This document shows positions 16,259 through 24,098 of a stretch of 50,782 bases of DNA, one piece after another. Location: the IMG/VR virus record IMGVR_UViG_3300037607_000006, positions 1 to 50,782 of that record. One strand, given 5' to 3'. The position numbers and the translations under genes were made by a program. Position 1 is the stretch's first letter, and the number at the start of each line of letters is the position of its first letter. The notes under the pieces are model-generated. The model ran no database searches. It was not told the origin of the DNA and saw nothing but the letters and a program-made list of their open reading frames with translations. This stretch comes from a virus (lineage: Duplodnaviria > Caudoviricetes).

Positions 16259-17929
16259 GTGCCATTCCATATAAATTCAAAGGGCGACGAGTTCGAGGTA
16301 GTAGACGATGCGGGCAAATCCTACGGCGTCCATAAGACGCGGCAACAGGCGATCGATCAGCAGAAGGCGCTTTACGCCGCTGTGCCAGAGGCGAGTAAGA
16401 AAGAAGCCGAGGATGTGACCGAGAAAGCCGCGTCGGACAATCCCGGCGATTATCTTATCGTGGAAGATCGGGAAAAGCCGACCACCTGGCATTTGCAGGT
16501 GAAGCGCAACGGCACGCCCGATCATGGCTTGATGGGCGACGCGTGGGCCGCGCTGCATGGCGGCTACCGCGGCAACAAGTATGAGGGGCCGCAGAAGGGC
16601 GAGGCGTTGGCGAAGTTGAAGAAGATGTACGATGCCGAGAAGATCGATCAGCCTGAGACAAAAGAGGCTGATGAGCAACCCTCGGCGCTCGAGCGCATTA
16701 TGGGATTCTTCAAGGGCAAAGAAGTAAGTCATGCGCAGGACATAGAGAACTACGTCAAGGACAAAGAAGGCCGCCGTCATTCCGCAACTGACCAAGACGC
16801 AATCCAGCAGATACACGATCTCAGCACGAAGGCCGGCGCGGATTGCGCGCTGATGGTCAAGGAAGTCAACGGGAAATCGCGCTGGGTGCTACTCAGTAGT
16901 AACGCCTACGAAGATCGAGATCATGAGTGGGTATCACAGAAGGCGCAGAAGGCCGATGTCAAGCGCATGAAAGAAACTGGCGTTTATGGCCCGCTGCGTC
17001 TGTGGCATTTGGGCTACCCTGACGTAGAGAAAAAAGAAGCGGGGCCAGGTGTTGACATTGGCGATTGTGATTTTGCTGAGTTTATCGACGGTTTCTGTGT
17101 GGAATCCGGCACATTCCGAAATGAGCGAGTCGCGGCAGCGATAAAAGAGCGCGCGGATCGATGGGGTGCATCAAAGGGATTTTTCCATCCAAATGATCAG
17201 CCCGATCCGGTAGGAGTCTATCACGCAATGCACACCTTCGAGCGATCGTTGTTACCGCGCCCGAAGGCATCGAACACTTTGACGCCCCTTGCGGCGATTA
17301 TGAAGGAGATGTCTGATATGACAACCAAAGAAGAAAAACTCGCGGGGCTGTCAAAACTATTCGACAATGACCCCGAAGTCGTGAAGCTCGTAACCTCTGC
17401 CCTGGATACGTCCAAGAAAGAAGCCGAGCAACGCGGCTTGACTTTGAAGCAAGAGAAGGACGAGAAACCCGAAGCGGCTGAAACCGACAAGGCAAAGAAG
17501 GACGGCGGTGAACCTGACGAAGATGACATGGATGGCATGGATGAGGCAACGGCGAAGGCATACAAGGCCATGCTCCCGCATATCGTCAAGACGATCCATG
17601 CGCTGACGAAAGCCAGCAACATGGAGGACGCCGCCGCGCGCGAGGCGAAAGCCGCGAAGAAAGAAAAGAAACAAAAGAAACTTGAAGAGCGATTCAAGGA
17701 AGTTGACGAGATGAAAACCAAGATCGATCAGATTGCCGCTGCCGTCGCGGAGTTAAGCGGCGACGTACCGCGCGCTTTGCAGGGCGGCTTCCGCGCCACG
17801 CAGAGCGACGCCAATCTGCTCGACTCTGGCGTTGTGGCAGCACTCAAACAAGGTCAAATGCCCGATCCGGTCGGTGGTTTCTTGCATGGCATGGGCCTTG
17901 ATCAATTCAATATGAAAGGCGGCGGCTAA
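16259..17929 (+). CDS. prohead protease/scaffold fusion
   Basis: directly before MCP; protease-like core (SSNAYEDRDHEWVS..LRLWH..ASKGF..ERSLLP..ASN) and charged coiled-coil scaffold tail. Confidence 0.7.
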   Translation: MPFHINSKGDEFEVVDDAGKSYGVHKTRQQAIDQQKALYAAVPEASKKEAEDVTEKAASDNPGDYLIVEDREKPTTWHLQVKRNGTPDHGLMGDAWAALHGGYRGNKYEGPQKGEALAKLKKMYDAEKIDQPETKEADEQPSALERIMGFFKGKEVSHAQDIENYVKDKEGRRHSATDQDAIQQIHDLSTKAGADCALMVKEVNGKSRWVLLSSNAYEDRDHEWVSQKAQKADVKRMKETGVYGPLRLWHLGYPDVEKKEAGPGVDIGDCDFAEFIDGFCVESGTFRNERVAAAIKERADRWGASKGFFHPNDQPDPVGVYHAMHTFERSLLPRPKASNTLTPLAAIMKEMSDMTTKEEKLAGLSKLFDNDPEVVKLVTSALDTSKKEAEQRGLTLKQEKDEKPEAAETDKAKKDGGEPDEDDMDGMDEATAKAYKAMLPHIVKTIHALTKASNMEDAAAREAKAAKKEKKQKKLEERFKEVDEMKTKIDQIAAAVAELSGDVPRALQGGFRATQSDANLLDSGVVAALKQGQMPDPVGGFLHGMGLDQFNMKGGG

Positions 17930-17962
17930 TCAGTCGCGCCTATCTCAATAGGTGAAATCAAA

Positions 17963-19513
17963 ATGGGAAAGAAAGCGAAAGCATTAGCCGCAGAACTTGC
18001 GGCATTGAAGGAAGGTAAGCCAGCGGTACAGCCGCAGATCGACTACTCGACCCTGGCGCAGAATTTGCTTAAAGGCGTCGGGCAGACTGCCATCACGACT
18101 AAGGCCGTCGGTTCAACGCCAACCGCCACTTACGGCCACGGCCCTAGTGGATTGTTTAGCAGCCCCGGCCTATCCGCGCCGCTGTTTAGCGCGATGATTC
18201 TGCCTAACATGGGGCTTCAATCGATTCTGCCTGTGCGACCGAGCCGAGATGCTAACCCGCTGTATGGCATTATCACCGGTGTCACGGCGACGACTGGCAG
18301 CGAAGCGACGATGGGTGTGTGCGATGATCCGCCCGTAGCCGGCCTTGCGAAACTGTGTACGCATACGTTCGTATTCTCTCGCATCTCGCGCATGTCGCCC
18401 GTGATTGATCTGAGCCGTGTCGGGCTGTGGACGAATCGCGGCGAGTTCGGGGATTTGCAACTGATGAATAACCCGTTCCGCAGCGACGTTCAGACGCCGA
18501 CAATCCCCGGCATGGACACCGCGAACATGGCGCGCAACGAAGTCAGCAAGACGCTGTTTGAGTTTGCGACAGCCTGGAGCCGTGACTTCGCCAAAGAACT
18601 TTACACCGGCAACCCGACGAACAACAGCACGGGCGGCGGCCGCAAATACTTCTACGGCCTGGACGCCTTGATCAACGTGGGCTATCGTGACGCTGAAACC
18701 GGCACGGCCTGCGCTGCGGCTGATTCGCTGGTGCGCTCGTTTGGTTCGCTGGACATCAGCGCGCGCGATACTAACGGCAACTTCACGAACGGCACAACCT
18801 TTGTTCGGACCGTGACGAACATGTACCGCAATCTGCGATTCCTGGCCACCCGCGCCAACATGGACCCGGTGGAATGGGTGCTGTGTATGCCGTGGAGCAT
18901 GTTCTACGAAATCACCGAGATTTGGCCGATCGCGTACATGACCTATCGCAACACCGTGAGCGGCACGAATCAAACGCTGTTCAACGACGCGAAGGCCATC
19001 ACGGAAATGCGCGATCAGATGCGCGGCGACATCTACAACCGCACGGGTCAATACCTGCTGATTGATGGTGTGAAAGTGCCGTGCATCCTGGACGATTCGA
19101 TCACTGAGACGGTCTTGGCGGGCGAATCGTTCACGGCTACCATGTACTTTGTGCCGATGACAGTACTCGGTGGAACGCCGGTTACGCTGATCGATTACCT
19201 CCCGTTCGATCAACCGGGCGGGGCGCTGGAAGCGGCTCGACTGTGGGCGCCGGGTAACTCATACTACGTCACCGACAACGGGCGCTTCTTCTGGCATCTC
19301 AAGCCGCCGACGAATTTCTGCGTACAGTTCGTCTCGCTGGCGCAGCCGCGCTTGCTGTTGCTGACGCCGTATCTTGCGGCGCGGTTGACGAGCATCAAGT
19401 ATACGCCGCTTGCTCACGAACGCAGCGGCTTCACCGATTCGTCTTACTTCGTGGACGGCGGGCGCACGAGTGGCAGCGGCATTGGGCCATCGTACTACAG
19501 CCCGACCTCGTAA
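17963..19513 (+). CDS. major capsid protein
   Basis: 516 aa after scaffold gene, followed by hairpin; LYTGNP..FYGLDALI HK97-fold-like segment. Confidence 0.75.
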   Translation: MGKKAKALAAELAALKEGKPAVQPQIDYSTLAQNLLKGVGQTAITTKAVGSTPTATYGHGPSGLFSSPGLSAPLFSAMILPNMGLQSILPVRPSRDANPLYGIITGVTATTGSEATMGVCDDPPVAGLAKLCTHTFVFSRISRMSPVIDLSRVGLWTNRGEFGDLQLMNNPFRSDVQTPTIPGMDTANMARNEVSKTLFEFATAWSRDFAKELYTGNPTNNSTGGGRKYFYGLDALINVGYRDAETGTACAAADSLVRSFGSLDISARDTNGNFTNGTTFVRTVTNMYRNLRFLATRANMDPVEWVLCMPWSMFYEITEIWPIAYMTYRNTVSGTNQTLFNDAKAITEMRDQMRGDIYNRTGQYLLIDGVKVPCILDDSITETVLAGESFTATMYFVPMTVLGGTPVTLIDYLPFDQPGGALEAARLWAPGNSYYVTDNGRFFWHLKPPTNFCVQFVSLAQPRLLLLTPYLAARLTSIKYTPLAHERSGFTDSSYFVDGGRTSGSGIGPSYYSPTS

Positions 19514-19542
19514 CGATCCGAACGCGACCGATCATCTTGAAG

Positions 19543-19569
19543 GGGGCGGCGCAAGTCGCCCCCACTTTG
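19543..19569 (+). terminator. GNRA-capped hairpin / weak terminator after MCP
   Basis: GGGGCGGC-GCAA-GTCGCCCC..CTTT. Confidence 0.5.
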
Positions 19570-19578
19570 AAACCTGCA

Positions 19579-20298
19579 ATGCGCGTATTCATCTACTCAT
19601 CCGACAAAACGCAATGGTCACTCAGGCCGTTTGCATATTTGTTTAACCTCTATTGGTCGAGTGATCAGCCCGTGATCGTGTTCGGCAATAGTGAACTGCC
19701 GTTCAAACTGCCGCGCAATTTCTCATGGCATAGCATTGGGCCGTTTAAGCCGGCTGAGGAATGGACGACCGATCTGATTGACGCGCTCAACTTTATCGAT
19801 GATGAGATCATTTGCCTGATGATGGACGACTACTGGGTTAATCGCATGGTTGATCAGCGGGCGGTACGCTGGTGTTTCCTCTATATGCGCGAACATCCAG
19901 AAGTGGGGCGTTTCGATATCTGCACCGATCGGCTTTATGCGCGAGACATGACGGACTACACTAAGATCGGTTATCTTGACGTGATCAAGAGTGACCCGCT
20001 ATCGCCTTACCATTTCTCTTATCAGGCTAGTTTGTGGCGGCGCGAGACGTTGTTGAAGTGCGTTGCGCCGCACGAGACGCCCTGGCAGTCTGAGATCTCA
20101 GGCGATGCGCGTCTGCGTGAAACCGGCGCACTCGTGCTGGGCACGCGCCAGGGGCCGCTACGCTACACCATCGCCGTGCAAAAGGGTCAGTTCATGCCGG
20201 ACGGCGGATACCAAACGCTGTCAAACGCCATGAATGAGGATGACGTGGCATACATCAGGGGGCAGGGGTGGATACCTGCCGAGTTCCTGGCGGCGTGA
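19579..20298 (+). CDS. putative GT-A fold glycosyltransferase
   Basis: ICLMMDDYW (DxD-like), SYQASLWRR.TL, ETPWQ.E motifs. Confidence 0.65.
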   Translation: MRVFIYSSDKTQWSLRPFAYLFNLYWSSDQPVIVFGNSELPFKLPRNFSWHSIGPFKPAEEWTTDLIDALNFIDDEIICLMMDDYWVNRMVDQRAVRWCFLYMREHPEVGRFDICTDRLYARDMTDYTKIGYLDVIKSDPLSPYHFSYQASLWRRETLLKCVAPHETPWQSEISGDARLRETGALVLGTRQGPLRYTIAVQKGQFMPDGGYQTLSNAMNEDDVAYIRGQGWIPAEFLAA

Positions 20299-20339
20299 AA
20301 TAGTTTTGAACTTAAGAAATATTGAGTCAGATTGTCATT

Positions 20340-21086
20340 ATGACAGAAATCATCGTCTGCGGCTTCCCGAAATCGGGTAATACCTGGCTCACGCGTCTCT
20401 TGTCTGATGCGCTGGACTATCCAGTCATCGGCGTTGACGATGCGATCCCGTTAAGCGCAGAATGGCAAGAGCGACACGGCGACGGCTTGATTCGTCAGTT
20501 GCATCTCACGCCGATCCACAACCACGAGCCGCGCTTCGTCGCTTCGCGCTATTACCTCAACATCGATCGGCACGCCGGCGAGAAGGTGATACACATCTAC
20601 CGCGATCCGCGTGACGTGGCCGTGAGCGTGTGCGCTTATTGGGAACTGGGCGATCTGCCCCGTGTCGTACGTGAAGTCATGGCGACCGGTTCACGGCCAT
20701 TGTGGGGTACGGGCTGGCCTGAGTTTATGGCGACGTGGCGCAAAACGGACCTACCGCATATTGAGACACGTTACGAATGGCTGCACGCTGACACGGCAAC
20801 GGAAATCAGGCGGCTGTGCGACCTGATGGGCGTCAAGATCGTTAAGCCGCTTGACGAAGTGATCCGGCGCAATGCGCTCGAAGCGAAGCGGGCGGCAATC
20901 AATGCGACGGATGACATCGCCACTCACCTGCCCCACGGCAAGCACGCGCAATTGATGCTCCTGCGCGCTGGGCGCGTGGGCGATTGGCGCGAGGCTTTCA
21001 ATGCCGAGGCGCGCACGGCGGCGCACGACTGTTTTGATGATTGGCTGATTGAGTTGGGCTATGAGTACGATCGCAACTGGAACTGA
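20340..21086 (+). CDS. PAPS-dependent sulfotransferase
   Basis: GFPKSGNTWL (5'-PSB loop), YRDPRDVAVS (3'-PB), RYE.L, LRAGRVGDWR. Confidence 0.92.
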   Translation: MTEIIVCGFPKSGNTWLTRLLSDALDYPVIGVDDAIPLSAEWQERHGDGLIRQLHLTPIHNHEPRFVASRYYLNIDRHAGEKVIHIYRDPRDVAVSVCAYWELGDLPRVVREVMATGSRPLWGTGWPEFMATWRKTDLPHIETRYEWLHADTATEIRRLCDLMGVKIVKPLDEVIRRNALEAKRAAINATDDIATHLPHGKHAQLMLLRAGRVGDWREAFNAEARTAAHDCFDDWLIELGYEYDRNWN

Positions 21087-21657
21087 CATTCCGCTGGTCT
21101 TCATCGATCGCATTGCCGATTGGTTCTGTGATTCATTCGGTGATCCATACCACAACCCGCGCATGGACAAATCGCTGGGCTTGTATCGGCTGGCGGCGCA
21201 AGTGAGCAATGGCGTGATCGTGGAGTTGGGTGCGTACCAGGGCAACGGCGCGATCTCACTGGCGAGTGGTGCCCCGCTGCGCCCGGTCTATACCGTCGAT
21301 GACTATAACCATCGCGTCGACTGGATGGGCAACGAGCCGGGGAATGAAGATAAAGAGATACTACACGGCAACATCGAAGAAAGCGGCCTGCCGATCGCGC
21401 ATCTCGACAAGTCGGTTAGCGCGGCGCTGAAAGATTGGCGGCTGCCGATCGGCCTGCTGTTTTGGGATACCGGATCAAATGAAATGTTGGATGATTTCAA
21501 CCTGTGGCAGAAGCACATCATCAGCGGCGGTATGTTCGTGATGCACGACACCGACGACTTCACGTTTCATTCTGACGATGTGACGCGGGCGGCGTTGGCG
21601 CTGGGCTGGACGCTGGGGCCGCAGTATCGCACGCTGTATACTGTGGTGAAACCATGA
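21061..21657 (+). CDS. class I SAM methyltransferase (Methyltransf_24-like, probably sugar O-MTase)
   Basis: IVELGAYQG, YTVDDY, IGLLFWD, GG.FVMHD. Confidence 0.8.
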   Translation: MSTIATGTDIPLVFIDRIADWFCDSFGDPYHNPRMDKSLGLYRLAAQVSNGVIVELGAYQGNGAISLASGAPLRPVYTVDDYNHRVDWMGNEPGNEDKEILHGNIEESGLPIAHLDKSVSAALKDWRLPIGLLFWDTGSNEMLDDFNLWQKHIISGGMFVMHDTDDFTFHSDDVTRAALALGWTLGPQYRTLYTVVKP

Positions 21658-22358
21658 CGATCGCCTTCTGGATTGCCGATCAACCGGGCTACGTCAGCGA
21701 GGCCATGCAAAGCGCGGCGTCATTCAAGCGGCACAATCCCGCTTGCGCGACGGCGCTATTTGGCAGCAGCACGGACAGCGCATTTGATTTCATCTATCCC
21801 CTGCCGGCGCGCCAGAGCGAACATTGGTACTTGGACAGTGTGAGATATTTTAGTCACGCCCTGCATACGCTGCATCATGACAGCCTGATCTATTTCGACG
21901 TAGACACCTACACACTCGCGCCGCTAACTGATCTCATTGCGCTGATCGGACGTTTCGATCTAATTGGCGCGCACGCCCCTGCCCGCGAGACTGCGCCGAC
22001 TGTCAACCCTGTGCCGGATGCGTTTCCAGAAATCAATATCGGCGTGCTGGGCATTGCTAACAATGCCGTAATGAAACGCTTTGTGAGCGATTGGCTGCAG
22101 CGTTACGAGTTGTATCACGCCATCTATGGCAACAACGATCAAGCCCCGTTGCGTGAGGCGCTCTGGTATGCGAAGGTGGTGAATCTCTACGTCATGCCGC
22201 CTGAGTACAATTGCCGCTTTGGGTTCGGCGGCTTCGCGGCCTTGCCCGTTAAAGTGCTGCACGGGCGCGGCATGTCGTTTGAGGCGGCAGAGAAGATCGT
22301 CAACCACGCGCCGGGGATGCGCGCCTGGACGAATGCTGATTTGAGGCAGACGAGTTGA
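21654..22358 (+). CDS. GT8-like / nucleotide-diphospho-sugar transferase
   Basis: IYFDVDT DxD, EINIGV, NDQ.PLR, MPPEYN. Confidence 0.8.
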   Translation: MTIAFWIADQPGYVSEAMQSAASFKRHNPACATALFGSSTDSAFDFIYPLPARQSEHWYLDSVRYFSHALHTLHHDSLIYFDVDTYTLAPLTDLIALIGRFDLIGAHAPARETAPTVNPVPDAFPEINIGVLGIANNAVMKRFVSDWLQRYELYHAIYGNNDQAPLREALWYAKVVNLYVMPPEYNCRFGFGGFAALPVKVLHGRGMSFEAAEKIVNHAPGMRAWTNADLRQTS

Positions 22359-23125
22359 GCGAATATACGTTGTATTTGGGCGATTGTCTTGACTTCATGC
22401 ATGGCATGGATGCGGGTAGCATCGATATGGCATTCCTTGATCCGCCGTTCAATAAAGGAAAGAGGTATCTTTCGTATAGAGATAAACGTATTGACTATTG
22501 GGAATGGACAGAGGCATGGTTTAGTGAAGTGGTGCGCCTATTAAAGCCGGAAGGATCGCTCTACTTCATGCACATTACTGATGGACTAGCTAATGTTCTG
22601 GCGCTTATTGGTAAATTAGAACTTAACTTACAGAACGTGATACCGTGGAAAAATGCGGCTTCAGTTCATACTAAAACTAAGTTCATTAGATGCTATCAGC
22701 CTATTGTATTTGCAACTAAGAACGGTCGTCATTATTTTGACACTTATTATCAGACCAATCCTAATGCTATCAAGTCTTGGAGCAAAGACCGCAGAGACAG
22801 ACAGCGCGGTCAATTGCTGGATATTTGGGACGATATACCAAGAGTATATGCGGGTTCAGTCGTTCATAAAGAGGCTGTCTTACTTCCTGGCACTCGTAAA
22901 AAGGCGCATCTATGCCAAATGCCGATCGGATTAGCTAGTAGAGCAATAGGCTTTAGTTGCCCGCCTAATGGGATGGTATTTGATCCATTTATGGGCAGCG
23001 GCACAACGGGCGTAGCCTGTGTGCCGTTAGGCCGCAACTTCATCGGCTGTGAGATTGACCCTAGCTATTATGCAATTGCAGAACGGCGCATAAATGAATC
23101 AAGAGAGCAGTTGACGCTTATATGA
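22355..23125 (+). CDS. N6A/N4C DNA methyltransferase (beta class)
   Basis: GDCLDFM, DPPF, H.CQMP, VFDPFMGSGTTG, FIGCEID. Confidence 0.92.
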   Translation: MSEYTLYLGDCLDFMHGMDAGSIDMAFLDPPFNKGKRYLSYRDKRIDYWEWTEAWFSEVVRLLKPEGSLYFMHITDGLANVLALIGKLELNLQNVIPWKNAASVHTKTKFIRCYQPIVFATKNGRHYFDTYYQTNPNAIKSWSKDRRDRQRGQLLDIWDDIPRVYAGSVVHKEAVLLPGTRKKAHLCQMPIGLASRAIGFSCPPNGMVFDPFMGSGTTGVACVPLGRNFIGCEIDPSYYAIAERRINESREQLTLI

Positions 23126-23556
23126 GCGAATATAACCCGCTCCAGAATGATGAATACTTTGACCGAGGCAACGCCGGCCACAATGCCCGTTACTACAACG
23201 AACGCGGCATTCGCATTGACACACGCGGCACGCTCCAGATTCACCCTGAATCGCGCTGGGGTTTCTTCGTCACGGTGATCACACTCTCGCATCAGCGCAG
23301 CAAGAACGATCACCTAATCGATGGCGCATTAGTCGATCGGCCTGTCATTGTCGATAAGGACGCCTGGATATGCTCAAATGCTGTACTTTACAACTGCCAC
23401 ATTGGCGAGGGCGCGATCGTCTCGGTTGGCGCGGTGGTGCGCAGTCAAGAGGTTAAGCCGCGCGTTATGGTTGCGGGCAATCCGGCGCGCGTCATTGCGC
23501 GACAGATTGACGGTGAATGGGTGTACGTGAATCCAAAATGGGAAGTGCTTGAATGA
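23122..23556 (+). CDS. left-handed beta-helix (hexapeptide) O-acyltransferase
   Basis: PVIVDKDAWICSNA..IGEGAIVSVGAVV..VAGNPARVI. Confidence 0.85.
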   Translation: MSEYNPLQNDEYFDRGNAGHNARYYNERGIRIDTRGTLQIHPESRWGFFVTVITLSHQRSKNDHLIDGALVDRPVIVDKDAWICSNAVLYNCHIGEGAIVSVGAVVRSQEVKPRVMVAGNPARVIARQIDGEWVYVNPKWEVLE

Positions 23557-24098
23557 GTACCGCGCTTGAATTGGCTGTGGCCTTTGACTACCTGACGGTG
23601 CGTGAAGTGGGCTGCATCAAAACTTACGTGCAGCGTATGCCGCATTTCTCGGTCGGCGTCAACATCGGCAGCGGCGCGGGCACGTCGGTTCTGGCCGCGC
23701 TGGAAGAGCGCAGCGATATAACCCTGTATGACATCGATCTGAATCTGCTGAATGCGTCGGATCAGTATCGCTTGGCAGGCGTCGAAGGCGATGGGCGCTT
23801 GATTCGCATGGAAGGCGACAGTAAGCATTTGCCGTGGACTTACGGGCAGATTCATTACCTGTTCGTGGATGGTGATCACAGCGAAGAGGGCATACGCGGC
23901 GATCTGCATGAGTGGGTGCCGCGTGTAGCACCGGGCGGCTTTATTCTGTTGCACGACTTCTGGCCCTACCCCTCCGATCATCCACAAGCGGGCATTGATT
24001 GGTGGCCGGCTGTGCGCTCCGCGGCGCTGGAGATGCTGGACGATTACGCAGTAGTCGCAGACGTTGATCGGATCAGGGTCTATCAGGTGAGGCAATGA
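23553..24098 (+). CDS. class I SAM methyltransferase (Methyltransf_24-like)
   Basis: VNIGSGAGTS, GDS, LFVDGDHSEEG, PGGFILLHDF, WPAV. Confidence 0.85.
   Translation: MSTALELAVAFDYLTVREVGCIKTYVQRMPHFSVGVNIGSGAGTSVLAALEERSDITLYDIDLNLLNASDQYRLAGVEGDGRLIRMEGDSKHLPWTYGQIHYLFVDGDHSEEGIRGDLHEWVPRVAPGGFILLHDFWPYPSDHPQAGIDWWPAVRSAALEMLDDYAVVADVDRIRVYQVRQ

Noticed and set aside
18170-19213. Long antisense ORFs (also 33550..34599, 23445..24095, 28474..29112, 34983..35627)
   Set aside because: Shadow ORFs of GC-rich real genes; no motifs or RBS
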